From the NCBI GenBank assembly GCA_016618085.1, contig JABLTG010000002.1, forward strand, positions 186,001-250,000: a DNA stretch of 64,000 nt. Reading direction: 5' to 3'. The stretch's first letter is position 1. Every line of letters starts with the position of its first letter. This document shows positions 12,100 to 25,358 of the stretch, one piece after another. A program made the position numbers and the translations under genes. The notes below the pieces were generated by a model. It was not told the DNA's origin. It worked only from the letters and a program-made list of their open reading frames with translations, and searched no databases. The DNA is from Neovahlkampfia damariscottae. Taxonomy: Eukaryota.

Positions 12100-13703
12100 A
12101 TGTCGTTTTATGAAAATGAAGCACTGTTAAATGAAACAAAAGAATATACTTCTGAAGAAGTTAAAAAGTTACTTTTCAGACAAAGAATATACCAAGTCAC
12201 TATTGTTATCAGTGGTTTAATTTCAGTTCTTTTGACTATTGGGATTTTAACACTTTTGATTTACTTCACGACTCCACCATCTTTTGAACTTCATCAAACG
12301 ATTAAATCAGAAAATATCATGTCACATTTACAAGAATTTCAAAATATTGCAAACAATTACACTTCAAGAGATGCTGCTTCTGGCGGTAATAACGCTACAA
12401 TTGACTACATTGAAAAAATGTTGACAACCAGAACAAATAGATATTTCAAACTTTCAAAACAATACTTTATGATTCCAGACTTCAAAGTTGTTGAAAAACC
12501 AACATTTTCAGTTGATGGTAAAGAATATGAATATGGCACTGATTTTATTCAATTTTTTGGTGGTGGAAGTGGAAAACTTGGAAATGGCACTGCTCAACTC
12601 ATTAAAAATCAAGGATGTGAAAAAGAAGATTTTGCAGACTTTAAAGAAGGAAACGTGGCTTTAGTTTATAGAGGTACATGTTTCTTCACTGTAAAGACTC
12701 AACTTGCATTTGATGCAAAAGCAAGTGGATTCATTATGGTCAACACTGATAATACATTAATTGCTCCAAGAGCTGCAGAAGGAATCAACTTTCCAACATT
12801 TTCAGTGGGTTCAATACTTGGTAAACAATTCATTGATAATGCTGCTACAAGTAAATTTAACATGATGGCAAATAACATCAATTCACATATTCCAGCAATA
12901 AATTTAATTGCAGACACAATTTTTGGAGATGAATCTAAAACAATTGTCGTTGGAAGTCATTCAGATGGTGTTGCTGAAGGTCCTGGAATTAATGATAATG
13001 GTTCTGGTTCTGCTTCAACTTTAGAAATTGCTTTAAATCTTTATAGAGAATCAATTAGACCTGTAAATAGATTAAGATTTGCATGGTGGGCAGCAGAAGA
13101 ACTTGGATTATTAGGTGCTTATCATTATGTCAATACATTAACAGATGAAGAAAAAAAGAAAATTGCGTTTAACTTAAATTTCGATATGCTTGGGTAAATA
13201 AATAAAACAAATTTTAACAAATTTCTAGTTCACCAAATTACTTTAGAGGTATATATCATGGTGGAGCATCAACAGTTGACCCAGATATTAGAACTGCATC
13301 AGGAAATATTCAAATTGTTCTTGAAGATTATTTCAAATCAAAAAATTTAGGATATGATTTAACAGCATTTGATGGAAGATCAGATTATGGTCCATTTATT
13401 GAAAAGAAAATTCCAGCAGGTGGTTTAGCTACAGGTGCTGAAGGTATTAAAACTGAAAGTATGAGAAAAAAATCTGGTGGTATTGCTGGAATCGCATTTG
13501 ATCCTTGTTATCATCAAGCATGTGATTCAATTTCTAATATCAATAGACTTGGAATTGAAGAAATGGCTTCAAATGCGGCAAATGCAATTGCATTCTTTGC
13601 TACACATCCAGATCTTTCTGGATTCTTGAAAAGAGATTTACCACCTTCAATGGCTATTGATTCATCAGAAGATGTTTCAATTCGAAAAGAAAATAGACAA
13701 TAA
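12100..13703 (+). CDS. M28 aminopeptidase (aminopeptidase Y/SGAP-like) with PA domain and N-terminal TM; 1 intron
   Basis: GSHSDGV, GINDNGSG, WWAAEELGLLG, NFDMLGSP, FDGRSDY, DPCYHQACD. Confidence 0.92.
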
Positions 13704-13744
13704 ACTGTTTAAATAATTATTTTTTTTTATCCAATCAGAAGACA

Positions 13745-16700
13745 ATGGATGTATCACAAGACATTTTATCACCTGCTCACATAAAAATCGCAATTTTTCC
13801 AATTGGAAATATTGACGCTTCTTCATTTAAAAAATATTCTTCTTTGATTCAATACTTCAAAAAAATACGTTTATCTGATTTATCACGTTTCGCTGAAGAC
13901 AACGAAAAAAGTTTTCAATTTTTATTTTTAAATTATTCAAAAGGTCCTTTTAAAAATAATGCTTGGTCATCTGCTAACCTTTTATTTGATTATGTTGATG
14001 GTATAAATTATTCTGTAAAACAAAGTGATGCTCCTCTTCATAAACAAGGTTTGTTTTTTTTTTAATTTTTGACCATATTTTTATACAGTTCATGGTGTAG
14101 TAGGCATATTATCATGTTCATCAGAAGAAAAAATAGAACAGTCATATGATAGTTTTCAAAGTTTATCGAAAAAATTTTCCGCTCCGTCAATAATATCAAA
14201 ATGTTTTGGTTTTGATCCAGTTGAGAATAATGATTTTGATTTAGTGAAGAATTTAGCTATAATACCAACAGATGAACCTGAAAAAATACAGCATTATTTA
14301 GAAATACAAATGTATCAAATTGCGAATGATATTTTAAAAAAATTTGAAAAGAAAGCATTTGCATCACCAAGAAAATCAGGAATTGATCTCAAAACATTTT
14401 CAGAATTATCTTTATTAAGTGGTAGTTTAATAGATGCAAGTACAGGGTACTAAGTTAGTTTTTTTTTTTAATTCTATTTTTAGATTTAAAAGTATTTTAG
14501 ATTCAATGGGTCAACATTTTACTTTAATTGGAGTTGCTAAACAGTCAATGGCATGTATTCAATATCTTCAATCCACTGAATTAGTAAAAATAATATTATT
14601 TTAAAATTACTCATCTTTAGAGTGATTCTGAATCAATAATTTCATCAATTATAGGAACATATAATGAAGTTATAAAATTATTTGAATCTAATAATTCACA
14701 TTCAAATTTAATTGAATCATTATTAAGAATTTCAAAATTTTTATCAACAAAAAATGAATTTAAAAATAGAACAGAAATATTACAATATATTACTAAAGTT
14801 ATTTCAAAATCTGAACCACTTTCAATTTCTGATCGAATATTTGCTATTGGAGAATGTGCTAAAATATCAAAAAAATTAAATTTCAAAAGAAAATTTGCTT
14901 CATTTTTACTTGAATCAGCCAATATTTATAAATCATTAAATCAATTTTCAATTTCATTATTATTTACATCCATGATGTTAGAATCATATGATATTCCATT
15001 AGAATTCAAAAATTCAGATTGGAAATTTATTGAAGGTAAAAAGAAAGGATGGGAAGATTTACAAATTCACATATTAAATTATTTAATTTCTTATTATTAT
15101 AATGATGATCAACAAGACTACTTAAATGCATCAAAATTAATTTTATTTGTTTTGACTCATTATAAAGATAATCTATCATCTTCTCAACAAAAAATTTATT
15201 TTGAAAAGATCAAAAAAATATCACAAAAGAATCAAAAATTTGAATCTTTAATTCCAATTCAATTAATTTCATCAATTAAACCACAAGAGTATTCTTATTA
15301 TCATTTTTTAATTACTTTAAAGTTTACCATCTCATTTAATACCACATGAAGAAGAAATTATTGCAAAAGGAAAACCAATATTTTATTATAATCCATTTGC
15401 AAATTCAAAAAAAAAGAAAAAAATATTATGTCCAGAAGGAAATTTAATCAAAATTCAAATTGAATTTAATAATATTTTTGATTTTGATTTAAATATTAAA
15501 AATATTTCATTCAAGTAAATATTTTAAAATAGACTAATAAAATAGAATTCAAGAATCAAATGAATATATTTGTTGTATTTATAATTCAAAATTTAATATA
15601 CCAAAATCTGATAAAATATTAAAAGATGTTTATGTTAGCACACCACCATTATTATCAACATTTTCAATTCAAAGTATATCTTATGAAATATTAGAATTTG
15701 GATGTAGAACTGAAATTAAATATGATAATTGTGAAATGATTACTATTACACCATCATTACCATTATTAGATGTTGAAATTGAAACACCAATGATTTCATT
15801 AATTGATGGTGAATCATTATCAATGAAAATGACATTTCAAAATTCTGGAAATCAACAAATTGATTTTATTCAATTAAGTATTATTAATTTATCAAAATGT
15901 CATGTTAAATTTAATTCAGATGTAATTAAAAATCAAATTCCATTTCTTAGTTCAAATATTTTTAATTTATCAATTGATATCTTTGGAATAAGAGATGATG
16001 ATTCATTAAAAGATTGTACTTTCAAAATTAAATATAAAACAGGTAATAGTTTAGAAGATTCAAAATGGTATCGTGAAATATCAATACCAATAAAAATACA
16101 AGTTAAACAAGGTGTTGTTTTACAAAATTGTAATTTTATTGATGAAAATAGAAATAGAACAATGATTTGTAATTTATTAAATGAATCAGATGAATCATTT
16201 AATATTTTATTACCTTCAAATGAAGAATCATTTTTATCAAATCAATCATCAAAAAATTTTAAATTTACTTCAATTGATCCTTTTGAATCATCTTTTGATA
16301 AAACTCAAATTGCATCTTTATTTTCATGGAAATCTGTAATTTTAAAATTAATTTTTAAAATTTATTTTTAGACAAAAAATGAAAATGGTAAAGTGGTTTT
16401 TAAAGATTTTGAGAATTCATTAACTAAATTATTTCCATCTCAAACAAAAATTGAAAAATCATTTTTATCAAATTTGAAAGTTATTGATGATGAAAATGAT
16501 GTTGAATATATTGGAAATGATTTGAATATTCAAATTAATGTTGGCTCTTCTATTGTTATTTTATCTCAAATCAATAAGAAAAATTTAAAATCAATTTCAT
16601 CATTCTTTATTTATCAACATACAGAAAATTGGAAAGAAGTTGCAGTTTCTGAAGATGAAATATTCTTTAATGGAAAATTTACGAATACCATTCCAATAGT

Positions 16701-16874
16701 AAATACAATCATTCTCTATTAATCTTCTTAACAAAGGATGTTGATTCATTTGATCACAAATTGGAACTCTATTTCTTTGTTCCAGGGATTTATCATTTAT
16801 ATACTAAAAATTTTGATGAAAAACAAAAATTATTATCAAATCCAGATACTTTAAGAATAGAAGTAAAAAAATAA
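13745..16874 (+). CDS. TRAPPC9: TRAPPII subunit Trs120/TRAPPC9-like; about 8 introns
   Basis: PAHIKIAIFPIG N-terminus, VHGVVGILSC, LNFKRKFASF, GWEDLQIHIL, FYYNPF, ITITPSLPLL. Confidence 0.75.
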
Positions 16875-16963
16875 ATTTAGTTTTCATTTTGCACCAATCA
16901 TGTTTATTAGCCAATCGGAGTCTTTTCACACAGAAAAAAACCTGAACAGAAAAAAACAAAAAA

Positions 16964-17811
16964 ATGAGCAAAATGAAAGATATGACTGATGAACAAAAAA
17001 AACTCCACTCAGAACTTAGAGAAAGAATGCTCAAACATGATTTGAATGATGCAGAAAAAGAACAAGTTGCTAATGATTTGACTGTTTGGAGGTAAAGAAA
17101 AACAAGAAAAATATTAATGAATAACAACAAGATATATATATGGTTATGAATGGAATGTTGATGTTGCTGAAAAAACAATGGCAAAAGCATTTGCTTGGAG
17201 AAGAGAATACAAACCTGAAACACTTCGTTTAAAAGATTTGAAACATGCTGACAAAATGGTAATATTTCCACATGGAATAGATAAAGAAGGTTTCCCAGTG
17301 CAATATATTATTTTAAAAAATGATACTATTGCAAACGATGAAGACGGAATTAAAGAAAAACAAAAACTATTAGTTTACAATTATGAAATTACACTTCCAC
17401 TTATGAAAGAACCTGATATATACCAAGTTACTACTGTTGTTGAACTTGAAGGTGGTAGTTTAACACTTGGTATTGTTAAAGCTTTAAAAGGAATTTTTGA
17501 TGAATTGGGTGAATATTATCCAGAAAGATCAAGAAGAGTAATTGTATTGAATGCAGGATGGACTTTGAATATTATTTGGAGTTTCATTAAGGTATGTTAT
17601 TGGTTTCAATTTTTATTTTTATTTTTAGCAATTTTTGCCACAACATGTGATAGATAAATACTGTTTCATCAGTGGAAAAGCAGATACAGTGAAAAAACAA
17701 CTTACTCAATATATTGATGAAGACCAATTGGCTTTGTATACTGGAAAAGAATTAAAATATGATGAAAAAGACCTTCTTGAAAAAGAGTTAAAATTACTTG
17801 GTTCAAATTAA
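16964..17811 (+). CDS. CRAL-TRIO/Sec14-like lipid-binding protein; 2 introns
   Basis: AFAWRREYKP, HGIDKEGFPV, YYPERSRRVIVLNAGW..IWSFIK. Confidence 0.85.
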
Positions 17812-17927
17812 AGGAATAAAAAAATAAAAAAATGAAAAATTTTAAAACTTTGTATTTTTTTTATGTCCATCAATCAGTTTGATTGGTTAGATTTCCTTTG
17901 TAAACGTTCGAAACTCCAACTTGAACA

Positions 17928-18729
17928 ATGTCGGACAAAAATGTTTATAAAATTGTTTTGTTAGGAGAAGGAAGTAAATTTAAATAAAAAACTAATTTTG
18001 TATTTCATAGGAGTTGGAAAAACTTCACTAACTCTACGTTATGTTTGAATTTAATTTTATTAAAAAAAAAAAAAACAAGGTAAATAATGAATTCGAAGAC
18101 AAACAAAAAAGTACTGTACAAGCAACTTATCTTCAAAAAGTTGTAAAATTGGCTGATAAATCAATTACTTTGAGTATTTGGGATACAGCAGGTAAAAAAA
18201 AAATATTTCGTTTTTAATTTTCTCTTTGAAGGTCAAGAAGTATTTTAAATTATTTTTAACATATCCACTCAGAGATATCATGCATTAGGTCCTATTTACT
18301 ACAGAAACTCTGATGGAGCATTATTAGTTTATGACGTAACTGATCAAGATACATTTACTAGAGCTCAGCATTGGGTAAAAGAATTGAGAAAAGTAGTAGG
18401 AGATGATATTATTATTACAATAGCAGGAAATAAATGTGATTTAAAAAAAAGACAAGTCGAAGAATCAGACGCACTTGCTTATTGCCAAAAAGTAGGTGCT
18501 AATCATGTTTATACATCTGCAAAAGCAAATAAAGGAGTAGAAGAAGCATTTTTAGATATAACCAAACGAATTTATAAACAAAAAGCACAAGGGTAATTTC
18601 CAACCATTTTTTAACCAATTATTATTTAGAACAAGACAAAGTGTCAATGATTCTTTTCGCACAAAAAATAAAATTAAAATTGAAGAACCACCAGAAGAAA
18701 AACCATCAGATCCAAGTTGTCAATGTTGA
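17928..18729 (+). CDS. RAB21: Rab21 GTPase; 5 introns and an 8-nt microexon
   Basis: LLGEGRVGKTSL, WDTAGQERYHALGPIYYR, AGNKCDL, TSAK, C-terminal CQC. Confidence 0.9.
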
Positions 18730-18744
18730 ATTCAAATTTTTATT

Positions 18745-20198
18745 TTATTCAATAAAAAAATTATTAAAATTTAATCTGAAAATTAATTTTTGTGTTAAAG
18801 AATTTCTAATTGAAGATAAAAAATGAAATAATAATTTTGAATTCTTTTTAAAATTTTGATATAAATCAAAATCAAACTTTTGAATTTTTAAAAAATATTT
18901 TGAAATTTTAAAAATTTCATTAAAACAATTTTGAATTGAATTTGAATTTAAAAATAATTCAATATGAATTGACAATAAATATTTGGAATGATATTCTTCT
19001 AATAAATCAAAATTTAAATTTGAATTTAATTTCTTTGAAAATTCTTCAAATTTAGGTAAAATTAAATCAAGATAGAAAAATATTTGTAAATTAGATATTA
19101 AAAAATAAATTTCGTTTCTAAAATTTAAGAATTCAAAACAAGTTTCATGACTTGAGTTCGATTCTTTGTTTAAGTACATTTTTTTTAATTCATTCAAAAT
19201 CCATTTGATCTCTTTTAAAAAAATGAAAATTTTTTGATAAACTTTTAAATTCTGATTGGTAATTAAAATATTCAAAGGAAAATCTATTTTTATATTATTA
19301 AATTCAACATCTTCTTCTTCTTCTTGATTTTCTTCATTTAAAATAAAAAAATGATTTGAAATGATTTTTAAATTTGAAATTAAAAATGAAGATTCTATCC
19401 ATAATTCGCTTGTAATCAATTTTTTCATTTCTTCAATTTTGATATCAATATCATTAATTCCTTCTTCTTTAAAATGGTAAGAATCAAATTTCGAAATTAA
19501 ATTTTTTGATTTCATTTTTTTCATTGTTTCACCAATAAAATATATTTTCCGATTTAAATCCTCTGATATTTTTGGATGTATTTTAAAATTGAATTCTTCT
19601 TCACTTCCAAAAATTAAATAATATTTTAATATTTTTAAATAACTAAAATTACAAAATGAAATCATTTTTTTTATAAATTCTTTAATGATTGGATTACCAG
19701 AATTTAATTCATATAAATAATTTAAAACTTGTTCTTTTTGAATTTTTGTCTGAATTGATTCTAAAACATCTTCAATAAAAGGAAATAAAATTTCAAACTA
19801 AAGTATACTGATTTAAAATAATAATGTCGTTACTTTAAATAAGGAATGCTTTAAATATACAAAAGGAGTAAAATGATTCTCTAATAGTTTTTGTTCAATT
19901 TCCATTAAACTAATTTCATATTCTTCTATCATTTCTTCCATACTTCTTTGAATAGAAGTTTTAAACAAAAAGTTATTTGAGTTTTCATTTTCAATAAATG
20001 TATTTATCTTTCTATATATAGTTCCTAATTTTAAAATTGAATTTATCATTTGTCTTTCTGACTCTTCAATAGAATTTATTTTTGGGTTCAAAGAAAGTTT
20101 TTCATTATGAAAAACTACCAAGTCTCCTGGTTGAATATGAGTGAGTTTAATAACGTACCATCAATTCCTGATAATCCCAATAAGACTTCAGAAATCAT
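18745..20198 (-). CDS. Gamma-tubulin complex component, GCP4-like (Spc97/98 family)
   Basis: MISEVLLGLSGIDG N-terminus; FPLNILIT...YQKIFIFL; LISNLQIFFYLDLI; LIFRLNFNNFF. Confidence 0.75.
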
Positions 20199-20338
20199 CG
20201 AAAAAAAACTACAAAGAAACAGATGATTGGTTGAATAGATCTGTGCATTTATTAACTTTTTTTGAATAATCAATTTTAATCTTTGTTTATTTCAATTGTC
20301 ATTTTTTTTGAACCAAATCAATTGGTCATTGGTTGAAA

Positions 20339-22481
20339 ATGTTCAGACATTATTCTACCTCATCAATTCATCCAGTTTCAAAAATAAGCTCAAAATTGAA
20401 TTTAAATGAAGTAAAGGTATCTAAAATGTTAAAAAACTTGAAAATATCAAATAACATAAAAAGAAATTCCGCAGTTTTGAACTTTGATGAAATTTTTGAT
20501 ACTTTTGCGGAAAAAATTTTGAAAGAAGAAAAGTACATCAAATTTTATCAAAATTTGAGTAAAATTAGAATATATGATATTGAAAGAATTGAAAATTATT
20601 TTTTAAAACACTTTAAAAAATTTATTGAAAAAAATTTTGAAAGAGAAACTCAAAATTTTGAACAAATTCAAGAGTTATTACAAAAAACAAATCCATATTT
20701 GAGGTATTCAAAGTTTAAAATTCTAAAAAATTAGTTTTCCAAACGCAAGAAAAATCAAAAGAAAAATAATATATCATTGTGGACAAACGAACAGTGGAAA
20801 AACATATGGAGCTCTTCAAGCATTAAAATCAGCAAAAACAGGGTTCTATGCGGCACCATTGAGATTATTGGCATTCGAAATTTATCAAACTTTAAATTCA
20901 GAGAACATTAGTTGCTCATTATTAACAGGTGAAGAAATTAGAGAAGTTCCAGAATCAACACATGTTTCATCAACAATAGAAATGATTGATACAAATCAAA
21001 TATTTGATGTAGCTGTTATTGATGAAATGCAAATGATTAATGATAGTGATAGAGGACATGCATGGACCAATGCATTAATTGGAACTAATGCATCTGAAAT
21101 TCATCTTTGTGGTGATTATTCATGTGTTGAATTAGTTAAAAAAATAGTTAATGTTTTGGATGATGAAATTGAAATTAAAGAATATAAAAGATTAAATGAA
21201 TTAGTATTTGAAGATACTCATTTTGATTCAAGTTGGAAAAGATTAAAACCAAGAGATTGTGTAATTGCATTTAATAGAAGAGATAGTAATCAAAAATGAA
21301 TATTTACATTTATTTATCAGTTTTTAGAATTAAACAAGAAATTGAAAGTGCAACTGATTATAAATGTTGTATTATTTATGGTGGATTACCATCAGAAACA
21401 AGATTAGAACAATCAGATTTATACAATGATTTGAATTCTGGTTATTCAATTTTGATAGCAACAGATGCAATTGGAATGGGATTGAATTTAAATATTAGAG
21501 TAATTAAATTTATTTGAATTCTAATAAAAAAAAAAAAAAAAGAGAATTGTTTTTTACTCTTTAGAAAAGTATGAAAGATCTGTTCAAGATGTAAAAGAAA
21601 AGAATACTAAATTCCATTTTAGATGTCAACTATTTCAGTTTCTTCATTTAAACAGATATCTGGAAGAGCAGGGAGAATGGCATTTTTTGACAAAGGTTAT
21701 GTTACTACATTTTCAAGAAGAGAACATATATTGATGAAATCATTGGCAAAACAAGAAATATCAACAGATATAAATGTTGTAAGAGAATGTTGTATATTTT
21801 TAATTTCTTCTTTCAAATAGAAAGCAGGTATATTTCCAGATTTTGATTCAATTTATGAATTTTCAAAAAACTTTAAAAATGAGAAATTCTCTTATATACT
21901 TGCATCATTTTATCAAGTATTTTCTGTTCATGAAGGTGAGTCAAATATCTATATCTAATTTTAGATTTCTTTTTATGTAATTTTGACGAATTTATTGTAA
22001 ATTTCATTTTCAATTTAACAAAGAATAGGAAGTTGCAAAAATATTAGATGGTTTTAATATACCAATGATTGTTAAATATGATTTAATGTTAGCACCATTC
22101 ACAAGAATTGAAGGTAGAAATATTTTAAAATCAATTGCATCTCAAATGGAACAAGAAAAGGATGAAATTGAATTTAATTTTAATGCACCACAAAGTGTTG
22201 ATGATAATATTCATAAAATGAGGGAAGTAGAAAATATGATAAAGAATTTAAATGCTGTTTGTTGGTTATCTATAAGATATCCTGATAAAATATCAATGGA
22301 TAAAACAAAACAAAAAATGAATCAACTTATAAATTTATTGTCATCTTCATTATCAACTCATACTTTGAACAATAAAAGGAAAAAAATTAAAATATCACCG
22401 AAAGAAAAAAATAATGAAAAAGCTTTTAGGGAAATTTTAAAAGTCATGAAAAGAGCTGAAAAATCAGAAGTAAAGAAATAA
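20339..22481 (+). CDS. SUV3: Mitochondrial SUV3 RNA/DNA helicase; about 7 introns
   Basis: HCGQTNSGKTYGAL, APLRLLAFE, VIDEMQMI..DRGHAWT, ATDAIGMGLNLNI, KQISGRAGR. Confidence 0.92.
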
Positions 22482-22620
22482 ACAAATTGATAGAAATGAA
22501 TGATTTTTTGATATATTTCAAAATGTTCTTTTGCGTTTTGGGTAATTGTTTTACCCAATTACAAATTTCTTTTATTCTCCGGTCCAATCATTATTTTGCT
22601 CAATTTCCTTCCAACAAAAC

Positions 22621-24562
22621 ATGTCGACAATGTTAGCAAAGAGATATCAAGATCAAGTCAGAAAAATTGCTCTTCAACCTGAAAACAAAGAGTGCTGTGA
22701 TTGTACACATAAAGTAATCACTTTTGTTTTTTTCCGACTAATTTTTTTTTAGCAACCGACTTATGTTTGTCTTGAATTTGGAATTTTCATATGTGAAAAT
22801 TGTGCAAGTATTCACCGTCAATTTGGTCACACCGGAATCAAAGGTATTTCAGTTTCAAACTTTTCAAAACAAGACGTTTCTGTTCTTGAAAATGGAGGAA
22901 ACGTAGTTTGTCAAAAGAGTAACAAAATCATGATTTTAATTCCTTCATAGCTTTTTTCCCACCTGATTTTCAGAAACCAAGAAATGAAAAACCAAAAGAT
23001 CCAAAAATGAAAAACCCAACAACTGATTTCATAAAAGCGATTTATGTGGATAAAAAGTATTCTACTGATAAAAAATCAGAAAAATTTAAGGTTTTTTATT
23101 CTTTGATATCTAATATTATTGTTAGCAAGAAAGAAAGTCAAGTATGCTTTCAAAAAGAAAGACTTCAGGAGGAAACACTTTATCTATGAAATTTGAAGAT
23201 ACACTCAAACCAAATGAAAAAGTTAATGGTGTTTCAAGTACTTCAAATTCAATTGTTACAGAGAATAAAACAAAACAACCTGAAAAATCAAAAGAAGCTG
23301 ATTTGATGGACTTTTTCAGTTCACCTTCTACGACTGAAACAAAACCAATTCAAAAAGAACAAACTACTACTCAAAAAAGTGGTTTTGATCTTAATGACTT
23401 GTTCGCTCCAAGCACAAACTCACAACCTGTAAATCAATCTTGGAACAATCAACCTCAACAACAATCTTGGAATAATCAAACACAACAAAATAATGGATGG
23501 CAACAAACTCAACAACAGTCTTGGAATTCTCAACAACAGAATAATGGATGGAATAGTCAACAACAACAATCATGGAACAACCAACCTCAACAATCTTGGA
23601 ACAATCAAACACAACAAAATAATGGATGGAATGGTCAACCACAACAACAGTCATGGAATAATCAACCACAACAAAAACAACAACCGCAAAAATCATCAAA
23701 CCCTTTTGATGATATGGATTTTACTTCAAACACTAATCAACAACAACCTGTGAATAATAATGCTTGGAATCAATCATCATCAAATCCTTTTGAAAGTAAC
23801 TCAGGAAATTCATATTCTCAACCAAAACAACAACAACATCAACAACAACAACAAGTTAATAATGGATGGAATCAACAAACTAAACAACCACAACAACAAC
23901 AAGCTCCACCAAAAAATGATCCTTTTGCTGATTTTACTCAGTTAGATACATTCAAAACTATGCAACCAAAAAAGACACCAACTGTAAATCCAAACACCGT
24001 GCCATCTTCTCAACCAAAAGGACAACCAACTCAAAATACTGTTAAAAAATCAAATACAGGATCATTTGGTCATGATGACTTCTTTTCAGCTCCAACTACA
24101 GCACCAAAAAGTACAAATGGTACAAATAAACCGGATCCATTTGGTTCAAATGATGATGATTTCCTTTCAGCATCAACAAAACCACAACAAAACAATAATG
24201 ACTTTTTTGGTTCTTCAAATAATAATTCATCCAATGGATCATTTGGTAAATCTTCAAATAATACTTCCAGTTTTGATAGAAACAATTTTCAACCACCAAA
24301 ATTGAATCATGTAAATGTTCAACAATCATCAAATCAAAGTGAACAAAATATTAATATTGATGGTCATGATACTAAAGGAAATTTACAAACTATCAGTGGA
24401 CAAGAATCTGACAAATTCTCATGGGAAAATAATTTCTTTTCAGGAGCATCAAATATTGATGATTTAAGAGGAAAATCAAATCAAGATGAATTTGATTCGC
24501 AATTCAAAACTATTTCAGCTAAAAATGTCACTCCTTTTGGATCATCAAGTGATTGGCAATAA
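22621..24562 (+). CDS. ArfGAP (AGFG-like) with long Q/N-rich tail carrying NPF/DPF motifs; 3 introns
   Basis: PENKECCDC..PTYVCLEFGIFICENCASIHR zinc finger; GGN; SNPF x2, DPF x2. Confidence 0.85.
23434..23675 (+). repeat. Degenerate coding tandem repeat QQ(S/G)WN(N/S)Q
   Basis: About 10 imperfect units of caacaatcttggaa(c/t)aatcaa / aataatggatgg. Confidence 0.8.
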
Positions 24563-24631
24563 ATTTTGAAACTTTTATAAAAATTCTTTTTTTAAATTGG
24601 AAAATACAATGATTGGTTAATTATTTTTATG

Positions 24632-24639
24632 CCACGTCA
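24632..24639 (-). promoter_or_regulatory. bZIP/UPRE-like element TGACGTGG upstream of the Sar1-like gene
   Basis: GCCACGTCAGC on +, 15 nt downstream of ATTGG (24612-24616); GC-rich 8-mer in AT-rich intergenic DNA. Confidence 0.4.
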
Positions 24640-24701
24640 GCACCACAAATATAAATGGATGATAAATTCTCAAATTTGAGACTCAGAAAAACAAAGAGAA
24701 C

Positions 24702-25333
24702 ATGTTCATCTTCAATTGGATTTTCAACTTTCTCAACGAACTTTTTCAATTTTCGACACCTTCAACTGTTTTATTCTTGGGTTTAGAGAATTCTGGAAAG
24801 ACTACTTTGTTTAAAGTTTTAAAAAGTGGAAAAATTGGAAGTTTTTTACCAACACAATTTCCAAACCAAGATGAATTATCTGTTGGAAAGTAAAAGAATT
24901 ATATTTTTATTTTAATATTTAAAGTACCAATTTAAAGGCAATTGATCTTGGCGGTCATGAATTAGTTAGAAAGTTATGGGAAGATTATATTTCAGAAGAT
25001 GTTTCTGGTATTGTTTACATCATTGATGCAGCAGATAAAAAAAAATTTAATGATTCAAAAAGAGAATTACATAAATTATTAAAAAATGAACAAACAAAAG
25101 ATATACCATTCCTAATCCTTGGAAATAAAATAGATCGTTCTGGAGCAGTTTCAGAAGATGAATTAAAAGATATTTTTGAAATTGAAACAACTGGAAAAAC
25201 TGTACTTTCAAAGAAAGAAAAAGGATATTCTCAAAGACCAATTGATATTTTTATGTGTAGTATTATTGAAGAAGTTGGTTATGGACCTGGTATCATTTGG
25301 TTATGTGATAATATAAAAAATAAAAATTTATAA
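24702..25333 (+). CDS. Divergent Sar1-family GTPase; 1 intron
   Basis: MFIFNWIF amphipathic start, FLGLENSGKTTL, DLGGH, LGNKID, RPIDIFMCSI. Confidence 0.85.
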
Positions 25334-25358
25334 TCCTTTTAAAGAGTCGATTATTCAT

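Noticed and set aside
13745..22481. Fragmented ORFs suggesting widespread pseudogenes or programmed frameshifts
   Set aside because: The breaks I examined are explained by short GT-AG introns
23434..23675. Spaced repeats resembling a CRISPR array
   Set aside because: Degenerate in-frame coding repeats with no unique spacers, no cas genes, and a eukaryotic context
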